Under the pieces are notes generated by a model, which did not search any database, had not been told where the DNA came from, and saw only the letters and a list, made by a program, of their open reading frames with translations. From contig CM075988.1 in the NCBI GenBank assembly GCA_038087875.1, forward strand, positions 16,308,001 to 16,372,000: a DNA stretch of 64,000 bases, given 5' to 3'. Origin of the DNA: Malacoraja senta (lineage: Eukaryota). This document shows, in pieces, positions 50,641 to 61,747 of this stretch (within the stretch, counting starts at the first letter, position 1; each line of letters opens with the position of its first letter). The position numbers and the translations under genes are program-made.

Positions 50641-51502
50641 ACATTAGCACCTCTATAAGATTAGCACTTGAAGACATGTCATCACTGTTGGAATGTGAGA
50701 AGTAAGGAAGCCACTCTTACTCGTAAAGCTTTTAATTTTCCACACCAGCGCCAACACACTGATTCATACATAGGGCTTAAAATATGATTTTGGATGCTCA
50801 TATTACCCTTTCCCGTTGAAACAGTTATGTTCCAGAACACAACATGGCATGGTGGCACAGCGGTAGAGTTGCTGCCTTGCAGCGTCAGAGACCCCGTACA
50901 GACTGCCATCCTGACCAAGGGAGCTGTCTGTGCGGAGTTTGTATGTTTTCTCCATGACCTGTGTGGGTTTTCATTGAGATCTTCGGTTTTCTCCCACACT
51001 CCAAAGACGTAGAGGTTTGTAGGTTAATTGGCTTGGTGTAAATGTAAAATTGTCCCTCGTGTGTGTAGGGTGGTGTTAATATGCAGGGATTGCTGGTCGG
51101 TGTGGACTTGGTGGGCCGACGGGCCTGTTTCTACACTGTCTCTCTAAAACCAAAAAAAACATGGGGAGGATGGTAAATATTTAACGATTGACTGTTCATC
51201 TGTAAATTTTTAGGTGGTGAATAAGACATGGCCATTAAATAAGGCCTTCAATTGACAAATGAGCAGCTCGATGTGAATCTGTGCCACACAGGATGGGAAT
51301 GATCCAGGTTTAATCCCTGGCCACCCCCCCCCCCCCCTCCCCCCCTCCGCACCGAGACAGCGAGAGCCTTGCGGCAAACCTTGTCTTCGGCTTGGGTTGG
51401 GCAAGGAAGGACTCCGCCTCCTCCTCTCTCGTACACTCTCCTGAGATGGCCCAATGTGAATATAACACACCGCACACATCCAGAAGAATGAGGTCAGTCA
51501 TC

Positions 51503-51702
51503 NNNNNNNNNNNNNNNNNNNNNNNNNNNNNNNNNNNNNNNNNNNNNNNNNNNNNNNNNNNNNNNNNNNNNNNNNNNNNNNNNNNNNNNNNNNNNNNNNN
51601 NNNNNNNNNNNNNNNNNNNNNNNNNNNNNNNNNNNNNNNNNNNNNNNNNNNNNNNNNNNNNNNNNNNNNNNNNNNNNNNNNNNNNNNNNNNNNNNNNNNN
51701 NN
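51503..51702. other. Assembly gap (200 N)
   Basis: Run of N; true size unknown. Confidence 1.
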
Positions 51703-52420
51703 CCTATCTCCATCACCTGTCCTCTTCCACCTATATCCCTTTCTCTGGCTTTTAAAATTTCCCTCCTCTTCTTATCTGACATCTTTTTGCCTCATTTTTG
51801 TCTCCTTTCATCTCTAACCTTTGTCCACCCATCTGTCCATCATAACTCTCCCCCACCTGTACCTACGATTACTTGCCAAGTTTATCCAGCTGCCACCTCT
51901 TTTCCAACTTGCAATCAGTTAAAGACGGGTCCTGACCCTAAACGTTACCTATCCATGTCCTCCCACGGATGCTGCCTTACCCACTGAGTTACTCCAGCAT
52001 TTTGTGTGCTGTGCAAGATACCCTTGATACACAGAACAAATGAATGGAAGACTTCCTTGTAACCCTTGCATCCCCTCTCTCTCCGTCTCTCCCCCACCCT
52101 AGTTGTCGTACTAGTTACACTGTCGTCCTGTTGAGTTTCACTGTTTGTATAACTCATGATCACCTGCCCCACAGCTAACATTGGACAATTGTGGGCTCCA
52201 CCTTTCCTTGATCATCGTTGCTTTTTTGCATATCTTTCATTAATTTGTTCTACCTACCTTCTATACCTCTCGTTTACCTCTCCCCTGACTCGGTCATAAG
52301 AAGGGTCTCGACCCGAAAATGTCACCTATTCCTTTGCTCCGGAGATGCAGCCTGACCTGGTTACTCCAGCTTTCTCGTGTTTGTCTTCCCTGTAAACCAG
52401 CATCTGCAGTCCCTTCCCAC
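51703..52420 (+). mobile_element. Two tandem Penelope-like 3' UTR/pLTR fragments
   Basis: Pyrimidine-rich tracts, each ending in a decayed hammerhead (aagaagggtctcgacccgaaa) plus the gatgc(t/a)gcct...ttactccagc tail. Confidence 0.65.
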
Positions 52421-52561
52421 ACCAACAGACTGAGATCAAGATCCGAGACCTTGACTGAGTAATTCATCATCGGATGTTTGTTTCTTCGAAGAGCAGGGCT
52501 GAGTTATTGAGACCATTGAGGAACAAATCTTTCACTAGCTGGGACTCGGATGTGGAATATT

Positions 52562-52700
52562 CTTCTTCTTGCGTATGGCGTGCACAGCCTAAAATTGGAG
52601 GACAACTTGTTCTATTTGATCTTATTTGATTGTGCACGCCAGGTTGGATTGCATTCGTCGAAACAGGGCGGACCACGTGAAGGTTGCAATCTCCCACCCC
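52562..52700 (-). mobile_element. Short non-autonomous retroposon with ribozyme head, 3' stem and (GAA)n tail
   Basis: Flanked by the direct repeat ggatgtggaatatt (52548-52561 and 52701-52714); ends ...tgtgcacgccatacgcaagaagaag on the minus strand. Confidence 0.85.
52647..52700 (-). ncRNA. Minimal HDV/CPEB3-like self-cleaving ribozyme (predicted)
   Basis: Minus strand reads GGGGUGG-GA-GAUUGCA-ACC-UUCACGU-GGU-CCGCCCU-GU-UUCGA-CGAA-UGCAAUC: P1 7 bp with G1.U wobble, P2 7 bp, P3 3 bp, L3 UUCACGU as in CPEB3, J4/2 CGAA with the catalytic C at 52657. Activity is untested. Confidence 0.85.
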
Positions 52701-53944
52701 GGATGTGGAATATTAATTTGCATGGATAGGGTTTAGAGGAATATGGGTCAAGCGCAGGCAGGTGGGACTAGTGCAGATGGGACATGTTGGTCGGTGTGAG
52801 CAAGTTGGGCCGAAAGGCCTGTTGCTCTATGAATCCACCACTCTATGACCTTACGACTCAATGCTCTGTGACTCTATTCCTGCATGTGAGAGACATCCTG
52901 TGCGGGTTTCAAATGGAATTATGATAAATGCCTGCATATGGCAGATGGAAATCAAGTGAAAGTGCCTCAGAACCACATTGCGTGCCTGGGAAATTTCACA
53001 CATCCACATAGAAAAATAAATCCATGATACTCGACAGATGATTTTTAACTGGGCTTGCGATGTATGTGGAAGGGGACTGTGGAAAGCTTTGAGCAGTTTG
53101 TTTTCAAGCACTGAGGCGAGCTCCTAAAGGGAAGCTGAGGGTCTCTGCTGAGGCTTGTTATACTTACTGCTTCTGCATGACTCAACACAGGAACTGTGTT
53201 GCGAAATGTACTGCTGCAGTGCAGCAAATCTGACAGATGATTCAGTTCCTCGGGGCTGGCTTTCTTTTTCAAAAATTTTTTTTTTGTTTTTTCAAAGGAT
53301 TATGATTGGGATAAGATTGCGAGCATTATTTAATTGGAAGGGGTCTGAGGGAGGCAGAACATCTGGTGGTATGTGGCATGCTTGACGTGGGAGAGCAGGG
53401 GAAGAATATTTTGCATTTCTTTCCTTTATGATTTCCAGGTATTCAGTGAATGGAGTGGAGTTTGTGTTCAGTACATTTCATTTATAAAGATCAGCGTTGC
53501 CTCTGGCAAGTGAGGAGATGATACACAGGGATTGCATGGGATTTAAAGCAGAGAAACAGGCGGTTTGTGCCAATCTTCATGTTCTACATAAGGAAGGAGA
53601 TGAGGAGGAATTTCTTTAGTCGGAGGGTGGTGAATCTGTGGAATTCCTTGCCACAAGAGGCTGTGGAAGCCGTTAATGGATATTTTTACGGCAGATAGAT
53701 AAATTCTTGATTAGTGTGGTGTCAGGGGTTATGAGGAGAAGGCAGGAGAATGGGGTTAAGAGGGGAAGATGGATCAGCCATGATTGAATGGCGGAGTAGA
53801 CTTGATGGGCCGAATGGCCTAATTCTGCCCCCTAACACTTATGAACGTATCCACGTTCTCAGCTACTTTCTCCGTCATGTGCAGTATGGGTTCTCCTTCA
53901 ACACATTAGTGCTGTTGTCCTCAATCACTCCCTGTGAGGAGAAG

Positions 53945-54690
53945 TTCAAGGGTCATGAGTGTTTTATTGTCATACAGTATATCTGAAGCAGAACAAATTC
54001 TTCCCTGCAACAGCACAACAACATGTACTCTGTAAACACCATGATAAACAACAACAAATAAGTTCAGTATACAAAAAAATAAATGACCAATAATAGTGCA
54101 AAGACTAAAACAAAGTCCTTAAGTCTATCTTATTTGGAGCTTAGTTGGTTGTTGCGTTTAATAGCCTGATGGTTGTTTGGAAGAACCTACACATTACAAT
54201 TTTCTGAATTTCCCTGAGGGGATCAATAAAGTATGTATTTATTATTATTATTATTATCATTATTATCGTTATTATTATTATTATTATTTCAGGCTCCTGT
54301 TCCTTCTTCCTGATGGCGGGAGTGAAATGAGAGCAAGTCCAGGGTGGTGTGAGTTGGGTCTCTGATGATACTGGATGCCTTTTTGAGGCAGCGACTCTTG
54401 TAGATCCCTTCAATGGTGGGGAAGTCAATACCCATGATGGACTGGGCAGTGTTCACCACAGTGTGCAATCTACTTTATTCCTGGGTGTTCCAGTTGCTGA
54501 ACCAGGCTGTGATGTAACCAGTCAATATGCTCTCTACTGTATGCCTATAAAAGTCAAGAGAGTATTCGTCGCCTCGATCTCAAAGGCGCTGATGGGCTTT
54601 CTTTATGATTGCATCAATGTGCTGGGTCCAGGACAGATCTGCAGAGATATCCACACCCAGGAATTTGAGATTTTTGGCTCTCCTCCACTT
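53945..54690 (-). mobile_element. Decayed Rex1/Babar fragment with a nested short tail and (TAT)n microsatellite (54238-54287)
   Basis: Minus-strand similarity to the 23746-24296 element (RFFQTTIRLLN). Confidence 0.6.
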
Positions 54691-57600
54691 TGCTGCCCAT
54701 TCGTACAGAATGCTCCACATTCCACCCACGGTGCGATCAAGATCCTACTGACATTTTTGATAACCATCGTCACTGTTTGCGATACCGCCATCTGCAAACA
54801 GACAAATCATGCCTTGTACGTTCTCATCCAAATCGTTGATATGGCACAAACATCAATGGGCCCAGCATCGATCCAAAAGGCACACTCTTTCTTCCTCCCC
54901 TCTCCCATCAAGCAAGAGATATAGAAGTGTGAAAACGCACACCTTCACAATGAAGGACAGGGGCAGTTTCTTCCCAGCTGTTATCGGCACTGAACCTTCC
55001 TACTAACAGATAGATAGCAGTCCCAAGCTACTATCTACCTCATTGGAGACCCTTGGACTATCTTTGATCGGACTTTATCTTGCACTAAACATTCATATTA
55101 TTCCCTTTATCACTGTGGATGGGTCGATTGTAATCATGTTTTGACTTTCCGCTGACTGGTTAGCACGCAACAAAAAGTTTTTCACTGCACCTCAGTACAT
55201 GTGACAATAAATTCAGCTCACTCAACTCAACCACTCGTCACAGGCCTCCAGCCTGAAAATCCATTTCCACCACCACCACCCTCTGCTTCCTTTCTGTGAA
55301 ACCAATTCTGGATCCTATGTGATTCAATCTTCCAGAGCAGCCTACCGTGTGGAATCTTTTCAAATTGTAAAATAAGTGAAATGGATAAAGGAGTGAACGG
55401 GTTTCTCTGTAGTTGCGCTGTTCCATGTGGTGAAGGTCCAGAATCTTACAGTCAGGACTGGCCTGAAGTGAGGTCAAAAAGGTAACAGATACGAAGAGCA
55501 GTGGAAGTCTTGTACTCTAACTCCCAGAGACAGACTGTTATATAATTTCTTTATTTAGAAGTTTGATCTGTTGGTCTTTGTGAAGTGAGGTGAGTTAAAG
55601 GTTGTTAAAGGTTGTTAGCCAAGCCAATGGCAGAGAAAGATGTAGAGAGTGAATGAGCTTTTTCTGATACTGTTGCTCACAACATCAGTCCAATATCCTC
55701 GCCGACCATTCCCCCATCCCCCTACACCCAATCTCAGAGCATAAAAATCTCTCCTCGAATGGAGATGTGCCCCCTGCCTCCCCAAAGATTAAAACCAAAG
55801 TATTGACCTTTAATGTGTTAAGTAACAACTGGATTTGAAAGTTCAATGTAAGAATTATCGAGGGAAGATTCCACTTCAGTTCATGGGGTTAGAGAATCCT
55901 TCATAGCAATCACCATAACGTTCCAGACACATTAGTTTAATAATAAATGGCCTGCCGCTTATAATTTAATCATCTCCCCTGACCTCTGCAAACAGGCGCT
56001 TTTTTCAGAGCGCTGCGGACCATAAACAAGCCAAGCTGCATCAACGCTTTGTGCTTGCACAAACAACAGCGTGCGCTCGCTGAAACTAAAGAGCTTGTAA
56101 AGACTTGCATTTACATAGAACCCGCCCGGGTCTCGCAGGACATCCTTTCCTCGGGTAAATTAGGTCCAGTTGTTGCAATGGAGGTAAATGCAGCAGCCGA
56201 CGTGCACTGCGAGGTCAAACAAAAGAGCACCAGTTGGTTAAAGCTGAGGGAATACAGCAGTGTTTTGGATGAAAATGATCAAACTTCAAGCCGAAAGATG
56301 GGTGTTAAAGCTCCTGTGACACGATTTTTGAAGAAGTTTTTTTTTAGTTTGTTGTCACTATTGATAAAGAAGAGCATTGAAGTATTTCCTGTGCGTAATT
56401 TGTCCCTCAACCAATAGCTAAAACAAAATTATGTGAACAGGGACTGAAGTAAGCATGGATCCTTGCAGGAAATTAGACACAAAATGCCGGAGTAACTCAG
56501 CCGGACAGGCAGCATCTCTGGAGAGAAGGAATGGGTACTCCTTGCAGGAGTGTTCAGGGTGGGAGGCAGTGGCTTGGAGGATGCAAGTCATAGAATGTAG
56601 ATTGAGGGGCTGGTGATCTGGGCATGAATGGCAAGTCAAACGCTTATTGCCCCTCGCTAGGTGGTGGTGGACTAATTATCTGCCCATTATCACATTACTG
56701 CCTGTGGGAGTTTGCTGGTCACAACCCGCCACGTTTCCATTCTTGATCAATATTTGGTGTTGCATCCACGGAACTGAATGATGACGTGTTTGAAATTGTA
56801 CTCGCAGAGATGGATGGGTTGAGGAAGAAATCATAAATTGCTCAGACATGGGTCAACTATGGTTGGTTGGGTTGGCTCCGCATATCTCCGCATATCTCCA
56901 CACCGAACCTCTTGGTTGGCCTCATGTCTTGTGGAGGAAATTGCTCCATCGTGTGTGACCAGAGACAATTATGATGGTCAATGTGCTGAGCAACAGGGCA
57001 ACCACACAGGTAACCAACCACACCTGGAAGAATTAATTTAAAATCCCTAAACTAGCCCAAAAAGATTGTGCTATGGAGTCACGTGGAAAGAGTGAAAACT
57101 CACAGAATCTTGGAACACCAAGGTCAATTGTATCTGTCTTGAGGCTTTGAAATAGCTATCGGCTTCCTGGCTCTTTATATGTGGTTCACTAGTTTTTACC
57201 CCTTCATGTATATACTCATCCAGAATACAATCATAGTCACACAGCATGGAAACAGGCCCTTCAGCCCAACGCCCACACTGACCAACATGCCCCATCTGCA
57301 CTAGTCCCACCCACCAGTGTTTGGCTCATATCCCTCTAAACCTGTCCTATGTATGACCCTGTCCAAATGTATTTTTAATGGTTGTGATAGTACTTTCCTC
57401 AACTACCTTGTCTGGCAGCTCTTATCAGTATAAAAACTCACTGCATTCAAAAGTCCTCACTCTCCCTCTTTTTCTCGGTGAATTACCTTGCACTCGTTTC
57501 TCGACCACTCCATCTGTGTGAACAGGTTCTTCCTCATTACCTCCATCAAGGCCCCATCACGTCTGGAACTATTTATTTCAGACTGACGGACAGCCGAGTT

Positions 57601-57861
57601 TAATCCATCAGATTAAATGTCCTGGTCACTTTAATTGGCTTTGTGCTTAATAGCAATAGTTGGAGTCACTGTTGACTCTTTGTAAAACACCAAGTGCTGA
57701 GGTAATTCAGCAGGTCAGGTCTGAAGAAGGGTAATGACATAAGATGTCGCCCACCATTTCCGTCTGGGGATGCTGCCTGACCTGTTGAGTTAATCCACCA
57801 TTTTGTGCTTTACTCAATATTCCAGCCTTTGCAGTTGCTTGTGTCTCTACATGATCCTCTG

Positions 57862-58941
57862 CCTGATGTTGCCTTTGTGATGATGATTTTCAAAGACAGA
57901 TTTGGCCTGGAACCTCAGCCTTACTGGTCACGTGCAGGACAAGGCACGCGTGCGAGTGCAGACTTGGCCATACAATCCCTTCAGAAACATTTAGCGGCAA
58001 CTCTGTTGTAACATAAACTGACATCTCAGTAGATCGGGCTTCTGAAGGTAGTCCACTGAAAGTTAATCGTCCAATAAAGGCATCTCGGCCTTGCACCCAA
58101 CCCACTGGTGTTGGATCATGCCTTGCACAACAAGACTGTTGCATTCAGTAACGTAACCCTCCGCACCTTTCAAAGTAATTCATTGAATGTAAAACATTTG
58201 GTCGTTTGAGAGACACAATAAAGACCAAATTATGTATGTCTTTTAATTTCTACCCGTGTCTTTACAATGGTGGGGTGCTGGAAAGCTGGAAGCTGCCAGG
58301 AAGGGGTGAGGATTTAGCAAAGATGGTTTTCTTGTGCAGGGGTTTATTCATTTACAGTAACGTCAGAGATAGTCGATGGTTCCAACATACGTAGCTCGTG
58401 GTTTTCCTCGCGAAGGTGTTGGCGAGTTGCTGCTTTGAGCTGCGGTGGTGCAGGTGATCACGTCAGTGGGTTGGATTCCCAACAGCACTGGGTTACTTCT
58501 GCTGCACGGGACCTTATAATGAATGGACCCCACCGTTGTAAAGACACGGGTAGAAATTAAAAGACATACATAATTTGGTCCTTATCGTGTCTCTCAAACG
58601 ACCAAATGTTTTACATTCAATGAATTACTTTGAAAGGTGCGGAGGGTTACGTTACTGAATGCAACAGTCTTGTTGTGCAAGGCACGATCCAACACCAGTG
58701 GGTTGGGTGCAAGGCCGAGATGCCTTTATTGGAGGATTAACTTTCAGTGGACTACCTTCAGAAGCCCGATCCCCTGAGATGTCAGCTTATGGTACAACAG
58801 AGTTGCCGCTAAATGTTTCTGAAGGGATTGTATGGCCAAGTCTGCACTCGCACGCGTGCCTTGTCCTGCACGTGACCAGTAAGGCTGAGGTTCCAGGCCA
58901 AATCTGTCTTTGAAAATCATCATCACAAAGGCAACATCAGG
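57862..58941. repeat. Long inverted duplication: arms 57862-58276 and 58527-58941, 250-bp spacer
   Basis: The arms are reverse complements with about 9 mismatches in 415 bp (hand count); mirrored ORFs 57890-58144(-) and 58659-58913(+). Confidence 0.95.
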
Positions 58942-59445
58942 GCTAACATCAACTTCCATGAGTCCCATGTAGGATCTAGCCCAGCCCTGTTCCATGCTTC
59001 TGGCAGGTAGGGCCAAACGACCCCACCCTACGCAGCAGGGTTGCAGGCTCTCTTCTTCACGGAGATGTATAAAATCAGGAGGGGAATAGATGGGGAGAGT
59101 GCACTGAGTATTTTTCCCAGGGCACATTATCAAGAACTAGAGGGCATAGGTTTAAGGTGAGAGGCAAAAGATTTAATAAGAACCTGAACGGCAACTTCCT
59201 CACACAGAGGGTGGTGGGTATATGGAATGAGCTGCCGGAGGAAGTAATTGAGCAGGTACTATAACTACATTTAAAAGGCATTTGGAGAGGTATGTGGATA
59301 GGAAAGGTTTTAGAGGGATTGTCTAGGTGCCAGAAAATGGGACTAACTTGGATGGTGCATCTTGGTCAGCATGGATGAGTTGGGCTGAAGGGCCTGTTTC
59401 TGTGCTGTATGACTTTATAACTGTTATGCAGTGCTGGCCCCTAAA

Positions 59446-60232
59446 TTTTAGTTTGGGCTAGTTTGGAGATACATACAGCATGGAAACAGGCCCTTCGACC
59501 CACCGAGTCGGTGCTGACCAGCAATCCTCAAATACTAGCATTATTCTGTACAGGGGGACAATTTACAATTTTACCAAGTCAATTAACCCGCAAACCTGTA
59601 TGTCTTTGGAGTGTGGGGGGAACGTATAAACTCCGTACAGACAGCACCCTTAAGGGGCTGTCCCACTGCGGCGACCTAATCCACGAGTTTAGAAGAGTTT
59701 GCCCTCGACTCATACTCGCAGCATGGTCGACTCGTGGTCCTAGGAGGTCTTTGTAACTACGCTCGAGAGTAGTCCCCGCGTACTCGAGGCCTCAGCTAGG
59801 TCACGGCGTATTTTTCAACATGCTGAAAAATGCCCGTGAGTAAAAAAAGGCCGCCATGGAAAAAAATCTTTTTTTTTTACTTGTAGGTTCAGTCGTAGTA
59901 GGTCGGCATGTTATTCGTAGGTAATCGAGGATATTCGAAGGTAGTCGTGGATAGTCTTCAACATAGTCGAAGGGAGGTCGAAGGAGGTCGTCTTCAATCT
60001 CCACTTTCGGTGTCCAATTTTCCCGAAGCTAGTCGAAGCTAGTCTTCAACATAGTCGAAGGAGGTCTTCACATTGTTGAAGGAGGTCTTCAACATGACAC
60101 TTTTACAAACTCTCCTAAACTTTTCTAAACTCGCGGATTAGGTTGCCGCAGAGGGACAGCCCCTTAAGTCAGGATCGAACCCGGGTCTCTGGCGCTGTAA
60201 AGCAGCAACTCTATCGCTGCGCCACCGTGCCC
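59446..60232 (-). mobile_element. V-SINE split by a MITE
   Basis: cagacagcaccc | 510-bp insert | gtcaggatcgaacccgggtctctggcgctg rejoins into the family consensus. Confidence 0.85.
59654..60163. mobile_element. Non-autonomous DNA transposon (MITE), PIF/Harbinger- or Kolobok-like
   Basis: ~47-bp imperfect terminal inverted repeats (TIRs) ggggctgtcccactgcggcgacctaatcc... / ...ggattaggttgccgcagagggacagcccc; TTAA on both sides; internal gtcttcaacatagtcgaag repeats. Confidence 0.85.
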
Positions 60233-61562
60233 CCCTGGAGAGACATTAATGAGACCTGGAGACTGCAGGAATCTTGAGCAAAAAGCTAACGCTGGAAGAA
60301 CTCAACAGGCAGGCAGTATCTGTAGAAGGGTCCACAGATGCTGTGGTGCCCACTGAGTATTTCCAGCACTTTGTGTTTTGTTGATGAGAGCTGTGTCTTT
60401 CAGAGTTGCTGGGGAAGATTCAGGGCCCTAAAATTCCCACGTTGGGAGTGGCCTTGGCCGAGGGGTGAGATACCTTGTGCGTCATGATTCCCTGCGTAAC
60501 CAAAATAAAACTGGTCTAGGCTGTTTAAACCCTGGAAATAGCAGTCTATTGGAAGAGCCACAAACCCTGACGCTCTTGAAATTCTAGAGCGATCTTTTTT
60601 TTTTTTTTGCAAGCTGCACATGAGTGTTTCCTTCATTTCATTTGTACGATTTGATATGTTTCCCCTTAGAGTAAACGCCCTGGTACCCTGCTCCAAAAGA
60701 ATCTATCTGATGTTGGAATTTGCTTGATAGCCACAAGGTCATAGGGAATTTAGTGGATTTGTTGATCTCTCATTTACGGAGCATCCATGGCGGCACTCAG
60801 TGAATCAGGCTCCCTGGTCATAAAAGAAGTCCTGTTTGTTGGTGTGTCTAAATGTGAATATGTACTGACTCTTAGAGATCTATTTAATTAATTGCTCTGT
60901 GCCACTCGTTCCCCAAAGTGCAATGAGTCTTACAAATTACTTATCCAATATGGGGCAGCACGGTGGCGCAGGAGTACAGTTACTGCCTTACAGCGCCAGA
61001 GACACGGGTTTGATTCTGATTACGGGCTATGGAGTTTGTACATTCTTCCTGTGACCACGTGGGTTTCCGCCAGGTGCTCTGGTTTCCTCGCACATTCCAA
61101 AGACGTGCAGGTTTGTAGGTTAATTGGCTTCTATAAATTGTCACCTGGGATGTAGGATAGAGCTAATGTATGGGTGATCGTTGGTCAGCGCGACCTGGTG
61201 GCTGAAGGGCTGAGGAGCCGAAACGTCACCTATCCATGTTCTCCAGGGATGCTGCCGGACCTGCTGAGTTACCCCAGTACTTTGTGTCTTTTTTTGTAAA
61301 CCAGCACCTGGTTTCAATGAAGAACGGAACTCCCTCTATTCTCTGGGACGGAGAGTTCAGAGATTCACAATCCTTCAGCGAAGAATTTTCTCTTCATCTC
61401 TGACCTCAATGGCCACTACTTTTCCTGAACCTCTGAGCCATGGTATCACAGTTCCCCCAACCAGAGAAAGTAGATTCCAAGCATCTGCTCCGTCAGGACG
61501 TGGTGTTACTGTGTTTGCTGTTAATGCATTATTAGTCCTTTAGAGCCCCTGTTCTAATAACT

Positions 61563-61747
61563 AAGATAGACACACAATGCTGGAGTAACTCAGCGGGACA
61601 GGCAGCATCTTTGGAGAAAAGGAATGGGTCTCCAGGGATGGCGTTTCCAGGGATGCTGCCTGTCCAGCTGAGTTACTCCAGCATTTTGCGTCTGTCTTCT
61701 GTGTAAACAACAGCATCTGCAGTTCCTTCCTACACTAATAAATAAAC
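61563..61747. mobile_element. Palindromic Penelope-derived element
   Basis: Same arms; 12-bp TSD gttctaataact (61551-61562 and 61748-61759). Confidence 0.75.

Noticed and set aside
51392..51817. ORFs spanning the N run
   Set aside because: Artefacts of the assembly gap.
57890..58913. Two near-identical 84-aa ORFs on opposite strands, suggesting a duplicated gene
   Set aside because: By-product of the inverted duplication; no recognisable protein or exon structure.
59900..60100. Spaced short repeats resembling a CRISPR array
   Set aside because: Eukaryotic context, irregular non-unique spacers, no cas genes; internal repeats of a MITE.
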